Of a stretch of DNA of 64,000 nt, positions 63,652 through 64,000 are shown piece after piece. Under the pieces are notes generated by a model. The model saw only the letters and a program-made list of their open reading frames with translations, did not search any database and was not told the DNA's origin. Each line of letters opens with the position of its first letter. Position 1 is the first letter of the stretch. Position numbers and translations under genes: made by a program. This stretch comes from Octopus sinensis. Its lineage: Eukaryota. The stretch is from positions 46,872,001-46,936,000 of the forward strand of contig NC_043009.1 of NCBI RefSeq assembly GCF_006345805.1. Direction: 5' to 3'.

Positions 63652-64000
63652 TATATATGCTGCTTCAATGAGATTTTAATTATTAAAATTGTTTTCCCTA
63701 GTTTAAGAGCATGGGTTTACCCCTGATGTACGTGTGCGTATTTAGACAGAATATAGAAAAATTAATGCAGCTAAATATTTTTTTCTCACTCTGCTCTTCA
63801 AATTTTGGCCTTAGAGGTTCCTTTTTTTTCCAAAAGCTGATTGATATTCAGAATTCAATGTCGCTATACGGAAAGCGGAATTCCGCTTAGAAACCTTCAA
63901 ACTTCACTGTCGGAAGCAACAGGCTTCTATCTTTAACAAATCAGATGAGTTTGTAGTCTGGAGAATTCTTAGCACACAGCCATTAATTGAAAACCTTCGT

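Overview
A 64-kb AT-rich eukaryotic window with no host protein-coding gene that I can support. It is intergenic or deep-intronic DNA made almost entirely of microsatellites ((TA)n, (AAT)n, (CA)n, (ATAC)n) and transposable-element remains. The SINE families and repeat landscape look like an octopus (cephalopod) genome; this is pattern recognition, not a database result. Contents: (i) a cluster of R4/Dong-like RLE-type non-LTR retrotransposons, at least 4 subfamilies, plus a non-coding companion element, mostly set in (AAT)n tracts in the first 17 kb; (ii) two CR1-group LINEs, one with a frameshift-free ORF2 broken by only two TAG stops, and one near full length with a CCCH-finger ORF1; (iii) three Penelope-like (RT/GIY-YIG) fragments; (iv) three Tc1/mariner elements, two Helitron-like non-autonomous elements, and RTE and DIRS-like fragments; (v) many tRNA-derived SINEs. 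The most notable signal is non-coding: several type I hammerhead-ribozyme (HHR) motifs. The best case is a ~356-bp unit arranged in tandem and then as a ~400-bp inverted duplication (23043-23934), with one HHR on each strand, resembling a retrozyme or Penelope pseudo-LTR. A second divergent inverted pair carries a 36-nt minimal HHR with a compensatory U3-A8 core (49811-50113). Further HHR motifs lie at a Penelope 3' end, as an orphan, and inside a tRNA-headed SINE. Perfect hairpins and a nested foldback element also occur. All folds were done by eye; cleavage activity is untested.
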